Source: Phoronis australis | Lineage: Eukaryota; Animalia; Phoronida | Direction: 5' to 3' | NCBI GenBank assembly: GCA_002633005.1 | Contig: NMRA01000088.1 | Span: 732,437-796,436 of the forward strand | DNA length: 64,000 nt | Shown: in pieces, positions 23,987 to 37,880 of the stretch | How the letters are laid out: each line of letters opens with the position of its first letter | How positions within the stretch are numbered: position 1 is the first letter of the stretch | Program-made: the position numbers and the translations under genes | The notes under the pieces: model-generated | Told to the model about the DNA's origin: nothing | The model's database searches: none | The model's input: only the letters and a program-made list of their open reading frames with translations

Positions 23987-26900
23987 TGCATTGCAGTGCT
24001 AAGTAGGCCAATCGAGATCGCAAACTTCAAGGGAACGGCTGTGAATCTTTCTGTTCGAACAGCCACAGAATTCCCTTCGGCCCATGAGGTTATGGTGTGT
24101 AATTAGCAGTGCCAATTCGCTGTATTAAAAACAAAGGGTTCCACTCCAAACAGATGAGCCAAAACAAAGGTTTTCAAAGATGGAACGAAATGTATGTGCA
24201 AGGAGTTAAGGGATCACCGCAGCCAAGTGGAAGGTTGACCTGTATTGTCAAAACTGATGACAAGTGACATTGTCACTTACAATGCCATGAATGATCTGCG
24301 TGTAGGGGAAAATCATTTTATTGTGGTACGGAAAAGATTGTGACACTCTTGATACATGGTTTATAACTAGTATTTATAATACCGATGGGAATAGTCCCTT
24401 TAAAGTTGTGAATGTAATGTAACGAGATGGGACGTGTAGGCCTGCCTGCTCCAATGACCAGTGTTGATTTGGATTGGCGTTTGTCTGAAGAAATAATTCC
24501 AAGTTCAGATAATAATACTTCTATATATCACGACTGAATAAAGGCCGGGAGGGAAATCACAGACAGTATCTCTGGAGTATTTTATCGATTTAAAAATCGT
24601 TTCAAGCTTGTTTTATTTGTTTAAAGTGTCAAAGTTCCACTTCTAATTCTCCAAAAGCGCGCCTGATACGATCTAAAATGTTTCAAAAGTAAAGAAAATC
24701 GAGTAAATCATTGAACATTTAGAGACATGTTATAGTTTCGTCCAACAAGCAAAACAGTAACAGATTTACAAAAGCATGCTTGGATATTATGTTCTGCGCT
24801 TTTTACTACTTCTGTATATCTGGAACCCCTTTTTAATTTTAATTTTGCGTCTAATTTTAAGAGCTGTGGTAATATCTAATGTCATTTTGTCATTCTGAGA
24901 AAAATGAACTGATAAGAAATCCCTCTGTCACAATTTCTCTTGGAGACATCCCCGGGTCAAGGACCCACACGTGATTAGGTGTGGATGCAGGAACTCAATA
25001 GGTCATTATTCTCCCTTATCCGCTCTTGCATCCAATCGCTGTAGTTGTCCGTTGCTATGGAGACGAAACAATACCCTGGATTAAGTCGTCAGCAACCAGT
25101 ATCTTACTTCTGCATGGGATTTCTATTTGATGGTCCTCCGTGATGAGATGAATAAAGGTCGAGCACACATTCTGAGATATTGGTCACGCCTTCCACCCCC
25201 GCTCAACAAACAAATGTTGATCCCCGGGTTATCTCTCGGGGAAACCGTATCTCCCTTTAGAGTTTAGGAACTTCATTTCATGGCGTCAGTGAACATTTTT
25301 TCTCCAAATCAATCTTAATTACAGATTTCGCGGCCAGTCAACGGCAAAAAACGTAATATAGCTGATTGCTTATTTTGAAACTTGATAACTTCTCCCGCTT
25401 CGTCGGGTGGATATGGCTATTATTTGACTTGCATATCATTCATTATACTTATAATTATAGAAACTGTCCGACCTACTTAAGGAGTAAAGTCAACCTTTTT
25501 GTTTTAAATAAACATACAAATCCCGATTATATTAGAGATATATGTCACTCAGTGGTTTAATAAGTGAATAACAGGTGAATAGTAATTAGAATTACTTATT
25601 AATTATGCATGCAACAATGGTGAAGTGACATGGTTGGCGTAGCAGTCATTTCCCCCGCGTCTTGTGTCTGCATTCACGTCTTCCATTGAGCAATGAGCAA
25701 GCATGACAACCGACGTGCTATTGAACACAGGCTGTGATCAATCTCGAGAATGAAAGGTCCCTTGGTGAAAAATATAAGAAATTCTAAAAGGGTCACAAAA
25801 ACTATATGAAAATGCATCAGTTACGCCAATTAAAATTATTGAGCATTTATGTGAAATGAAAGGAGATGTTTTCTGGCCATTTTGGCTGAAATCTACGCTT
25901 TGAGACAAATTGTATTCCATACAGAAAACCAGTGATCCTGGCAGAAAGTTGTGAACATAGCCCAATAAGCATTGGGGCTATCACTGGTTGCGAGCTGCAG
26001 GTTCTCCTTTACAGGAATCCATGGGGTGCACTGCAAGCTGGGCAATGTGTCGTGATAAACTTTAGGGACTTTTTAGCGGAATGTTTTTTTTTCTGCGGGA
26101 ACAGCCATGTGTCAACGACGACAAAACGTGGCGCATTGTTACAATTCGACGGCGTTAAAACAGTTTACTTGTACCCGTTCGTGTCAAATTTCAAAATGTC
26201 TTATGGTACTGGGTCAACGAAAGGTTACTTGTGTGGCAAATATTAATCTTGTACACCTAAAAATCGTTTCATAACTTTTTGGTGACGGTTTGGGGCCCCA
26301 GAACGCGCGTGGCCCCACGAGCCCAGAATGCCGTGGGGTACATAACACTGGCTTATAAAATTTACTACCAAACTCCCTACGATAATTACGACAAACTGTT
26401 ACAGCAATGATGATTGTGTAAAATCAATAAGTGATCGCTAAATATGGATAAAAATGCATATTGATTTGGACGGCAATGCTCAACTGTCAAAACCCCGATC
26501 CCTGCGTTATTTTCATCAGACCGTTAAAAAGTTGACAAGCATTTACACATTTCCTTTAACATTCGCAAAAATGTACACGAAGATTCAGTTGTGCACCAGT
26601 TTTCAACAATCACCTAACGTTTACAATATGCATTCCTCTGTCGCGGAGACGGCGCGTTAGAAACGCGAATTCAACGCTTGCACACCTGTCCGAGGGCGAA
26701 TCAGAGGAGAAAATGTCACGCCTAATTCGCAATGGATCCAAGCCGAAACAAAAAGAACGTAAAGGCACATTTGTTAGCTTTGCAGACCCGTCACCGAATT
26801 GTACCTTCTAGTATTCGTTGTACAATCAGGGTTGAGCTCCATACATGTACGCGCAAGAACCTGGCAAAGGCAGCTAATCACGCGCCTCGTTTGCAATACA

Positions 26901-27859
26901 GGGGCGATGTTACCCATCATCTGATTTACGTAATGATTAATAAAACAAAATAAACAATATATCAAAAAACAGTTGCCTGCAAATAATGGGTTGATTACAG
27001 ATGCACTGGCAAAACTATGGTCACTTGCTTGTTCAGTGTTTTGTTCTAAATATGCAAATTATGCAGGTCAACTGTCCAAAATTAATCGTGACATTGTCGT
27101 AAGAAAACATAACTATCAACGGACGTTTTAACATATGGTCAGAAATAAGTAAATAGCGTTGGCTATAGAACTGGATTTGACTAATTCTAAAACTATCAAA
27201 AAAGTCGCATTTCCGTGGACTTTGGAAGATGCACATATCCGATCTGGAAAGCTCGCTCGGTGAGCGTTTGCTGCTGCAAAGATAGTCGATTCATTATCTG
27301 GGAGAATAAGCGATGCTAAATGCTCTCGTTTGTCGTGTAAATGTTTAATTGTAACATGTATTCCGAAAATGAGCTAACACCTCTGGCGGGCAAACTCCTT
27401 CAGAATTCACCCTCGCCAATATGGTTGGAGTGCAATCTTCTTGAGAAAAGAGTTAGCGTTCTTTGCTCGTCAATACCTCAGTACCAAATCAATAGTACAA
27501 ACCACCCAAGGTTTAAAGCATATCCAATATTCAAGCACCGGCTACAAATTAAAATTATTTATCGCAACGCCAGGACGAATTCACAGAGATGTCAGTGCTC
27601 CAAGAAGTACACCACACGGAGGGAACACGATAATTCAAATGTCACCCCCAGCAGTGGAATGTGTAGTGGTTGGTGGTGGACACATCGGGTGAAATTCGGT
27701 TTCTCAAATATGTTTTTAACTTTTTGAAGCAGTCATAATCAAAGTTGTCTTCGTCTCCATTCTTCACTTCGTTCATTTATTCCCAGTTACGAAATTCTGC
27801 GTGATCACGTGCATGTTTTCAGCGGGAACTTATGGGCAAAACCCTTCACGGGTGACCAT

Positions 27860-28028
27860 ATTCTGGAATTCATGAAAAACGTATGTTTCAAGATTATTTT
27901 TTCAATGCCTATAAAATGCACAAGGATGAAGATGCAAATATCAATTTAACTTGTTTCGTGAATATTCATGCGCTCAATTACAAAGCTTGCGCATTCAAAC
28001 TAGACTTTGGTTTTGGAACACCCTGTAT
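27860..28028. mobile_element. Tc1/mariner-like terminal fragment
   Basis: Ends in TTTTGGAACACCCTG-TA, the reverse complement of the common TA-CAGGGTGTTCC mariner-type terminus. No partner end found. Confidence 0.4.
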
Positions 28029-30849
28029 AGTCGTTGCGTAATACTAATTTCTCAGTTTGAATAGTGTTTGAAAAGCAACGTGACATGCTATCCAAAACTG
28101 CCAACTAGTGCAACAGCCATAGACATAACCTTCAAACTAACTATTCTGCATGTTGAAACAATGAACTGCGCGTTCAGGTTTCCTCAAACCTCAAATATTT
28201 ATCTACCTGCTGTCATTAAGGTATTACTCTCGTTTCGACTTTCTCGCCACACAAAGGTAAATACAAGCGTGGCCGATCGATAGAATGGAATGTACGCCAT
28301 GCGAACATGCCGGTTTCCTTATGTCAGAACCCTAAATTACACAACACATTTTTGCTCGATGTCCTTTAAAAATTAATTCAACCCACAAGAACCGGTTTCT
28401 CCTCTACTGAAACTCTTACAGCATTGTCCTGAGGCGCCTCAATGTCTTCATAACTTGGAAGTTTTTTAATTCAATAACTGACAGCAAAAATGATGCTCCG
28501 TTTTTTTAGACATTCTATAAGGGGGAAAGACTTAAGAATTGAACACTTTTACGCTCACCTGCGCGTGATTAAAATGTCGTTCCAGGCATGCGTAAGACAA
28601 ACCGTAAAATGTTTGAAATTACACATTAGTGAGTGGTCTGGGGACATTGAGACATACACTGTAAACAAAGCAACGTTTGGTTCTGAAACACGTTGAACTT
28701 TCAACAAACTAAAACAAAACAAAAAATGTTTGAGCTGGTTCAATACCGTGTCAAAATAACGGCCATGAGCTTCGCCCACGACATAGGACAATCGTGGAAA
28801 ACTAGATGTGTTAACTCGCTTTGTCTAAAACTTCGAATTGTTTCCCCTAACCAACGCAAAATCAAAACTCGTCATAGTGAAAACAGACGTGTTCCAACGT
28901 AATAGCAACACCAGTTATGCACTGTTTGCGACACGTAATTTCGCCTTAAGTACTGCCGTAAGAAAAAACGTTACGATACCCTTCGTCACATTGTGCAAAC
29001 AATCACATAAGCAATACTATAACCCTCACCCTGCCACCAAACATCAACACTGCGTTTGCACGACATGTGAAATGGAGTGAAATTTTGGGACAAGTCCAGA
29101 AGAAAAAGCTGACCAGAAGGACACGCTTTAGTATTGCCGCAGTGCATAGAGTGTCTCTTATTTCTATCCGTTGCCTGATCCCTTCTGGTCATGGTGTTTG
29201 GGGATGGTTTTTTAAAACATTATTTCGATTTATGTTATGGAGTGGAACATTTCGTTCTGATGTTTTTACGGGGAGTTGGTCTTCTTAATTACACATTATT
29301 AAGGAATGTGTTCAATGGTTGCTTTAACGGAACGGTCCTAACTTGATTTATTCCAGTTTGAAGTTTGCAATGTCTCCTTGGCCATTCCACATACAACTCT
29401 TTAGTGTTGGAGAGCACAAAAGCGTCTCTTAATTGACCCAATTTCTCATTCTGACAGACTGCCTGAGTTGACAGGGACGAAACGCAATTTCTTTCATTCG
29501 CGGGCATCTTGAAACGTTGGGTATTTTTGTACAAAAAGTTTTGAATATTCCACCGCACAAATGTGGCAATTTGACTGCAAGATTGTCGCAACGTATTTAA
29601 AAAATAAACGCTGGAAATATTCTACTGCATCAAATCAATACAAGAATGCCGAACGCAGTCCACCAAATACCTTATCGCTATTTAGCGGTATCTGAAATGG
29701 GTCTTTAATTCAATCCTTGATCAGGTATTATCAAATTTGATCTGTTGGTTTTACCCCAATATTTCGCATGCACCTGAATGCAGAAATGGACGTATAGTTT
29801 CACCAACTCGTGCATTGGCCATGCCCTCTCATGCAGCTTTCTTCCTTTCCCGCCACGAGGAATTGGCCAATCTGTTCGATTGTGGAGAAACGAACCTTGC
29901 CACTTTCGCGCCATTTGTAACTGTGGTTACCACGCACGCGCACAGATATTAGTTCCACCTTGCATACGATTCAACTTATTTACAAAGCGTAGGTGGGCGC
30001 AAAGTCGAAATATCTCGCGCCTGAAATAACATCCACTCATTTCAGCTATGCAAGGCGGTCTTTCAACGAAATAAGCACGAATATTTATTCTTATTTCATC
30101 TTCAGTCAACTCAACTGACGACCAACCATATATGTTCCGTGAGTCCTGTGGTCGTCACACAGCCTTTAGAAAACTATCTGGTCCTCCAGTACTCCATATT
30201 TGCATTCGTGTGATGCGCTGTAGATTGTTTCAACCACCACATGTAAAGTTTGTTTACAGGAAAATGGACGCTTTAAAAATAAAAGACACAAGCTAGGAAT
30301 CTAGATACGAAAATGTAGTCTACGCGCAATGGTTTTGTTAAGACGAAAGCGAGAAACCACTGAAATCGATTGCAAATGTTTAGCAGTAACGTCGCATTTT
30401 GTAACACGTGTATTTTATTATGGAGTTTGGTATCCGGAACTATGGAAAGTGTTCAAACATCAATCAAGGCATTGTGCCTGTTAGGTCGTACAAATATTGT
30501 TGCACGTGCGTCTACAATCCCCCTTGTTGTTATTTTAACTCGAACTCAAGGTAAACTACTTTCTGGCTTGACTAGAGCAGATCTCTCTAATTACGTATCA
30601 CTAGGGCTGGTATCATTAATTATATCCCGGATAGAAATGTGCCGTCGCTAATTGCTCTTGAAAACTAACGCGTCTGAACCCCAAAACGTTATCTTACATC
30701 GTCATCAAATGAACACTTAGCAGCAAACAGTACAAACCATCTTTAGACATGCACTATGTAGCACATATCGGTAACCAATGAAAAAGTGAAACAGACAGTC
30801 ACGCGCATGAACTTAGAATCATTTGCCAGAACCACTGAATCAACCTCTC

Positions 30850-31040
30850 GAACCATATATCATTCGTACGAACCACAACCTCATACATACGAACAAAAAC
30901 AATACACACGAACCCATAAATAAAAAGCTCGAATATTTCGTCACCGAAGCACATGCAGAATTGAAGTTCTGACTGCGGTTCGTATGCATAACTTTTGTTT
31001 GTACGTATGGTGTGGTTCATACGTACAACTCCAAGGTTTT
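30850..31040. repeat. Imperfect inverted repeat (MITE-like hairpin)
   Basis: CGTACGAACCAC...CATACATACGAACAAAA...CACACGAACC pairs with GGTTCGTATG...TTTTGTTTGTACGTATG GTGTGGTTCATACG. Confidence 0.65.
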
Positions 31041-31579
31041 TTAGAAGGATTCCCGCAATTCCGACGTGCCATCCGAAGTTCGTGCGTACGATTGGCTGTT
31101 GACCATGATGGCGGTGAAGAATGACGTTGATTAGTTGAAAAAGGGGCCAAATGAGATCCAAACACCTACTTCAGACTTCCAAGAACAGAATACGTTTAAC
31201 TGAACTCATAAAAATTAACGCAGTTTCGTTCCATCTCCATCACAATTCACAATGCCAGTATTCTATACCCTGGCACGTAAACTCGATAGTGCCTCAGTGT
31301 AACCGTGAGATCAAAACGGGTCGTTGTTACAAAAACCCCCATGGCCTCGGGTCGTTCAATGTTTATCTATTTGCATTCCAGTATCTAACGATAGGAAGCT
31401 TGTCTCTATAGGCCTGAGCCGATCTGTAGAATGCCCTGACAGTCTAAGATTAAGACATCAGACGGCAGCAACCAACGCCGGTCATGAACGAAATCACATG
31501 TGGCTAATCCCATCGGTTAAAACCGGTAGCTGGCAACACGCTGCTGTCTGCACCATGACACACGTACTCTCTTAAGACA

Positions 31580-31645
31580 AGACAATAAACACTGCACAAT
31601 ACAATATAATACAATGCAATGCAATGCATTATACCACACCACAAC
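31580..31645. repeat. Degenerate pentanucleotide (ACAAT/GCAAT) microsatellite
   Basis: ACAATACAATATAATACAATGCAATGCAATGCATT. Confidence 0.7.
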
Positions 31646-31857
31646 CCTGCCAAAGACGAGCAATAGGTGCTATCTATGCAAAAAGCGCTTCTTTTTGTCT
31701 GTCTTCGCCATCAGAAGCCTACAAGACCACCAAATACATTGTACGTTCACCTTAAAGACAATACAATACCGCGACGGACATCTCATGCTGACCACTTAGG
31801 CGTTGTTCATTCAATGACCATCGAAGCAATAAATCAATGGCTTAAAATATTACTCAC

Positions 31858-32176
31858 CTGTGAAATAATTAAAATTTTTAGCAACGTACTCCTCGCCACT
31901 GTATAGCTCACGAAAACGTCTGTTTGTTTCTTCAATACTCTTTTTATACATCCTAATCATCCGCCGCTTTTCCTCTATGGTCATGTTAACTGCTTTTATT
32001 TTGGGTACTCCTTTCAATCCCAGTTTTCGTAATATATCCTTCTTTATGGCCTCGATCCTCGCCTGTTTGCCTTTCTTTGGGCGATTTTTTCCTTGCCTCC
32101 GTGTCGGTTTGGCACTTATTAGCAACATGGACATAGCAACCACTGTTAGAAATAGTACTAGTCGCTCTAAGTTCAT
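31858..32176 (-). CDS. TGF-beta superfamily ligand, exon 1: signal peptide and prodomain N-terminus
   Basis: AAAAAG-ATG start; hydrophobic signal MNLERLVLFLTVVAMSMLLISA; the conserved prodomain alpha-1/latency helix RIEAIKKDILRKLGLKGVP; donor CAG|GTGAGT. Confidence 0.95.
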
Positions 32177-32214
32177 CTTTTTACACGTGTAGACGTAGTA
32201 ATCCTTCAGGATAT

Positions 32215-32392
32215 TTGTGATTAAACCGCATACTTATCCTCCCTTTATATACCTTTAAGTATATTTGCTCATATGCTGGGATCCTACCATTATTTGTTAT
32301 GAGGGGTGTGGAAGCTGTTGACATAATCACTATAGCAGATGGCACATGCCAATGTCCAATCAAATGCTCTTGCTGTGTTGTGGGGCGTGTCT
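32215..32392 (-). promoter_or_regulatory. Core promoter of the TGF-beta gene
   Basis: Minus-strand TATATAAA at 32251-32244 (TATAAA starting at 32249), 31 nt upstream of an Inr-like TCA (A at 32218), giving a ~42-nt 5' UTR. Two CCAAT boxes (32349, 32356) and a GC/GT box TGGGGCGTGT (32381-32390). Confidence 0.7.
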
Positions 32393-35300
32393 GTCGCAAA
32401 TCTTAAAATCACACAGAGGACGAAGAGCCGTCCCGATGCCTGTTCAGTTCAATGACGGGGCATCCCGGACGTGACAACACACCTATAAATAGAAAAATAC
32501 GTGTTCAAAGTAAGTAAGGATGGGTTTGAGGGAACTGATAGCGTACTATCGTTTCAAGATATCTCTCACCGCGTGTTGCTATAAAGAATTATTTTTTCTG
32601 TTTAAAAATTGCATGTCGTGATTTTATGCATGTCGAAAAGCATTAATAATCCTATTACCAACAAAAAGTGAATTTCGGCGCATTGCGTCATCCATGGCGT
32701 CATCCGGTCCATCTAGTCAATCGTTTATTTAAAGCGGATCCGCAATTCTTCACGTGCGTGCGGGTGTTCGTGACCAAACTGCACGAGCTCGCGGACACTA
32801 ATTGACTGCCCGGATGTCTGCTTTCTCTTGTCGACGTGAAGTTGGACGCGTTTAATGCCAAAACACAAACGCATTTGTGTTAATTTAGATAAGTTCAACA
32901 AATGTAGCTTTTATGGTCCAAAAACGTCAGCGAGTATCATTTCCGCAAACCGTGGCCTAAATGAACTCCTCCTGCGGTATTCTGCAGTTGCTGATTGTTT
33001 AAAGAGAATTGTGTGCACGTAGACAATCGCTCTTAAACTTCTTCGTTAACATCGCACTTTTCACCTAGTTGTGCTTAGCAACAGCAGTCAAAAATGTGCT
33101 CATTGAGAATTCCACTTAGTTTATCATGGAGTAAAAATAATGGCCATTCACGCTATGGGTCACCGTTGAGTACTGTTTCAGTAAACAAATGTGCTCTAGT
33201 TTCCTTTGTTTTAAAATGAATTTTGTCATTGTTTATGGCAGGCCTAAACGTATTCTTTGAAACTACGATAGATAATGGCAGAGGTTCATCGGTGTTCTTA
33301 GAATTCTTCAGTCGTCAGTTTACTTGTGTTCAAACTTGTGAGCAATCTAAATTAGTCATTTTGAAGAGATGCCTTCTTTTACAGGACATGTATGGACCAT
33401 GTGCCATGCGGTGACAAAATATAAATATGACATTTTTGTGAATAAAATCAAGAGATAACTGCTTGTGTGAAATTACACTAGGTTCATATTTATCTGCTGG
33501 CAGAAAACAGAATAATAACTTGCGGAAGCAGTTGTGGCTCTCAGTTGTGCATTGTGATTCTGTCTGGTACTAGGTCTACAAGTTACAGTTAGTTATAGTT
33601 TAAAGAGGATTATTCCTTTCAGTTCTGTATCTTCGAAGCTGTCCATTCCATTTGTTTTGTTCCAATAGACTTTGCACATGACAATTTCGAACTGTTGCGC
33701 AACATCGGTGCTTTGGGTGTGCATCTGAGACCGCCAAACTTTACTAAGACTCGATTAAAAAATTGTCCGATAGTGTGGCGCGCTTCAAAGGAACTACAAA
33801 TTTTACGCGTCAATTTCGAATCGACCTCGAGGAATAGCAGTTACTGTACTCGCGAACCCTGGCGATGGTAACAACAAAGTTGAACTCAAAACACACATGT
33901 ACCTGCAAGCAACCAATTAATATTTATATGATGATTCATGATATCTCTGTCGCTTCTTAACACGCCGCTTTACACTGACCTGTAGTGTTTTAATTCAATA
34001 TTAATTTCATTTAATTACGAGGGGCAGGCTAGTGTTATGCTTCTGTTAGAAAAACTAAGTTTTTAAGTATGAAACGGCGAGTATAGTAAGCCAACGATGG
34101 AACTAGGGACATATTTCAGGGTAGAAAGTCTCAACCGGCAGACGAGGGTTATGAGAATGGAAACGTGCTCCTAACAAAAGCTGAATGTTCATTTATGATC
34201 CCGAGTTTATGATGTGCACAAGCGACCCACATGACTGGTGTGCTTGATAAACTTGCCTGCGACTTACACTGATCCATCCATGAAGGTGACCATTGTGACA
34301 AGGCTGTGGATCGTATTCGCGACATATGGTTGCTGTTACGGATAGTCCAGATCACATGCCAATCGCACGACCGGTTGCGATCTAGCGTGCGACCTCGCGT
34401 TCGACTTTGGATAAACGGGTTATGGGATCTTGTGCACTTCTTTCAGCCAACCCAAAAAGTTTCCCATGACTGGTCGATTATTATACGTTTTACAAGGAGA
34501 CGTTATTGATATAAATTTCGAAGTTGTCAAATTAGCTCCTTATAACCTTGACCTTTAAATTATATGTTATTTTATGAATTTCTGCGTAGAAATGAAATTG
34601 TGTTCGATCAGTCTTCCAAAGGAAAGGCTAGCTTTGAGCACATTCGCAAAAAACGAAATTCCTTGTGGAAAATACAACAGCCAACTAAAACAAAAACTTT
34701 CATACCTGCGTTTGCGTTTATACACGACCAGCAGTTCCAGGAAAAATAAGATAAAGGAGGTATCGCTTAGCATGAGAGAACTTGAATAAATTACAAATGG
34801 TGCTATCAAGATCCTATACAATAAATTGTAAATATTGTGCGATAATGCAACGGTTATAAACATTCCAATGGCTGATAGTCTGCCAAAAACGTATATAGGC
34901 GTATATCAGGTATGAGCTGATAAACTACCTATTCTCCTTTTCAGAATAGTACATGCTTTACAAATACATAATTACTTGGGGATAAAACAGAAAACAAAGG
35001 ATCATTAGTTGTATTAGCGTATTATTATCACTTGCAGATGAAAGAGTCGTTCGTGATTGCTACAAATACCTCGAAGCATGATGAGCGGTGAGTGTCGATG
35101 ACAAGAAATAACTCGAAAATGGTAATTACTGAACGTAAAGCAGCGCACAAAAAGAAATGTGGAACTTTTATAAATGCGGGTACTGCTGATACACCGAAGC
35201 AAGGCTGCGAAAAGCAAGTCTTCGTTGCAAGAATATAAACAAACCGTTATCGTTTTTAAAGTTCGCCGCACACCATTCGAAGCCACTCGTCTCAAGTCAT

Positions 35301-35904
35301 ATGCAGACTAGTCGCCGACTTTCCCGAGTAGTGACTGGATACCACTAACTGCATGACAATTCTCAACTAATATTACAAATGTAGTCTCGTGACTCACATG
35401 TTGATCTTTTTGGTGAGATAAAATTGCACCACGTTAGTGAAAATGAGTCGAGTCATAAACCTCAGTGCATTGCACGACACGACTCCCCTCAACCTTTGAG
35501 TAGCGTTGTATAGCATGCGGCGAGCTGAACACCAAATATCTTAATAGAATCGAATTCATCAGATCGCAAACAGATTTCACCGGCGAAAATCCTTAGGTGT
35601 GCCTATGCCACTATAACGTGATATATACTGTACATTCGTGCTTAATCTCAATTAGAATGTACCTTTTGTATAAAACTACCGTCAGAAATCGTGGGAGTCT
35701 AATTCTGGTACTCAAATGGTAAAGTGGACATTACAAATGTGTTTGTACACATATTTGATTACCTTTAGCGCGTGATCTGGCGATATGCATTTGACCACAA
35801 AGCGACAGTTGTTAACATTAATATTAAAAGTTGGGGGGTTAAGAGATGGTACGTTTTATTTTATTAGTCGAAAAAGAGAAGAAACATGACAATCACTGCG
35901 TACT

Positions 35905-36307
35905 GGGCCCGGTCTCCAATCTTTTTACTCGAAATGGAACTCGAAATTAGGTTTGGCATTTTCTACTCTACTTTTGGGCGAACTCAAGATAAGTGTCTAT
36001 TATTCTATGCTCGAGTACACAATAACTTACGTAGATAATTTATTGCCCTTAGTTCACAGTTTGTAAACCCAATATTAAAGCAATAAGTTCGAGTTTGAAC
36101 TCGAAATTTCGAGTTTTTGCTCGCGTTTGTAGCACGAATATAAGGGTCTTCAAGGGCAAACTTGAACTAGAAACTCCTATGCATAAACTATAATGTATTC
36201 GAGCACAGTCTGATAGCCAATTATCTTAAGTTCGCACAAAAGGAGCAGAGAAATTGCCAAAAATAGTTTCGAGTTCGTTTCGAGTACAAAGATTAGAGAC
36301 CGGGCCC
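35905..36307. mobile_element. PIF/Harbinger-group MITE
   Basis: TIRs GGGCCCGGTCTCCAATCTTTTTACTCGAAATGGAACTCGAAA and TTTCGAGTTCGTTTCGAGTACAAAGATTAGAGACCGGGCCC, with internal CTCGA/TCGAG subrepeats. A diverged relative lies at ~40203-40460. Confidence 0.88.
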
Positions 36308-36903
36308 AGATGAATGAACGTTGCGCGAATGTAGTTTAATCCATTTCTATGTTAGCACAGCTTTTAGAATTGAGAAAAATCGCGTGCCAGCAATACGGTT
36401 TTATCATCCAAACAAGAATTGTTTGTTCAGAACTGACGGGCACAACCCGTGTCCAGTCAGTGTTTCATTTGGAGTGAATTTTGAAACAACGTTTGCAAAG
36501 TAGCGAAAAAATTTTCGGTGGCACTGTGCAGATGGACTGCAGCCGCGGCCAATTTGTACTCCTAGAAATTAAATTTTGGGGAGTTAGCCAGATTTGGCGG
36601 CAGTTTTGAGGTATTCGTAGCGAAAAGATTCAGTAAATCTGGTTTGCTTGCTTGTTAAAAAGTGAACAAGAAAAGTCCAGTAGTTCGACTGTAGATTCAC
36701 TTTTCTTCAAATAGCGGTTCCCTGCACGGCAGCAGTGAGTTGAGGAACTTGTTCCGATTTCAGGTAGCCCTCAGACAATTCAGAAATCACAGCACTTTTG
36801 GACCAGTAAAGTTACTTTCGAAACCTATTATTGGCTCGTAGAAGTTGTGGTTTGCCGACGAAATTTGTCAGTTTCGTGTTTCATTGCCGCTTTTTTAAAG
36901 CCT

Positions 36904-37056
36904 GCCTCCCGTTCAGTAACGCTAGGACCTCGCTAAAAAGCAAGACTTCGCGAGATTACGTGAGATATTGTCGTGTATTTCAAATGAGAACACGTGACCT
37001 TGACTAGATTTTAGCTAGGTCTTAGCGTAGGTCCTAGCGTCTACTGAACGCACGCC
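36904..37056. mobile_element. Short MITE family B, copy 2
   Basis: CGTTCAGTAACGCTAGGACC and GGTCCTAGCGTCTACTGAACG inverted ends; matches 23845-23986. Confidence 0.85.
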
Positions 37057-37359
37057 TGATTTCCTTTTTGGTGAAAGAGGAAGGCCCAAAAAATTTGAGA
37101 CAGTATAATGTATCTGTGGTCAGCCGTGGTGCTTTGAGATGAAATGACTCGCGTTTTTTTTCTTGTTCGTAAAATATTCGACAGAGTGGAAAAAATAGGC
37201 GGCACGTCATGTGATCTGTGCAAAATCCATTGTACATTGCCTCCTTCACCAAAATATTGAGGATTGTTTCGGTAATATGGCCATTTTCTTGGAACACCCC
37301 GTTTAACACATTGGAGAGTGTCGAGTGTGTTGGTTTTGATTTAAGATTATATAGAAAAC

Positions 37360-37880
37360 TAGAAAAATGTCCAACTTTAGCAAATTGTGGAGCAACATAT
37401 CTCAGAAATGAATCATTACGAAAATTTAACGTACATGGTTTTATGCACTGTTCTCCTGTTGTTTTCTTTAATCTTCCGTTTTTTCACGAAGGGCAATAAA
37501 ATAAAACTTTTGTGATTTTTATGAACACAATCAAAATCTGCATAAAACGAAAACGAATTGATTTTTCAGAAAATTGTAACAGTGTTTTCGAGATTTCATC
37601 TTGAAAATGTATATCAAAAGAAACTTGGTCATGTTATTGACTCTCTTGTTCTTTTTTGTCAATGTACCTTTTTGCTAAATTGTACTTAAGAACATGATCA
37701 CGTGATCCAATTAATGACAAATTTGTATAAAATTACAACGCAAAGTGTACAGGAAATATATTTTTACAGAGTTAATTATTGTAGTTCTGTATTTGAAAAA
37801 AAGCAGAGACTCGTCGATAAGATCCCACGTGACCTTGATTTTGCGACGTGTCACAAAATGTGACCAATTAACATTTCTTA
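37360..37880 (+). repeat. Old dispersed repeat family C
   Basis: AAAAATGTCCAACTTTAGCAAATTGTGGAGCAACATATCTCAGAAATG and TGTCAATGTACCTTT..TGATCACGTGA match 48475-48970. Confidence 0.65.

Larger units (their letters stand above)
12689..31857 (-). other. 19,169-bp phase-1 GT-AG intron of the TGF-beta gene
   Basis: Donor CAG|GTGAGT at 31858/31857 and acceptor TTTCAG at 12689. Exons of 319 + 869 nt total 1188 nt, i.e. 395 aa plus stop. A small intervening exon cannot be excluded. Confidence 0.85.

Noticed and set aside
27341-27727. 128-aa and 83-aa plus-strand ORFs inside the intron
   Set aside because: No recognisable domain or convincing splice signals; lengths are compatible with chance.
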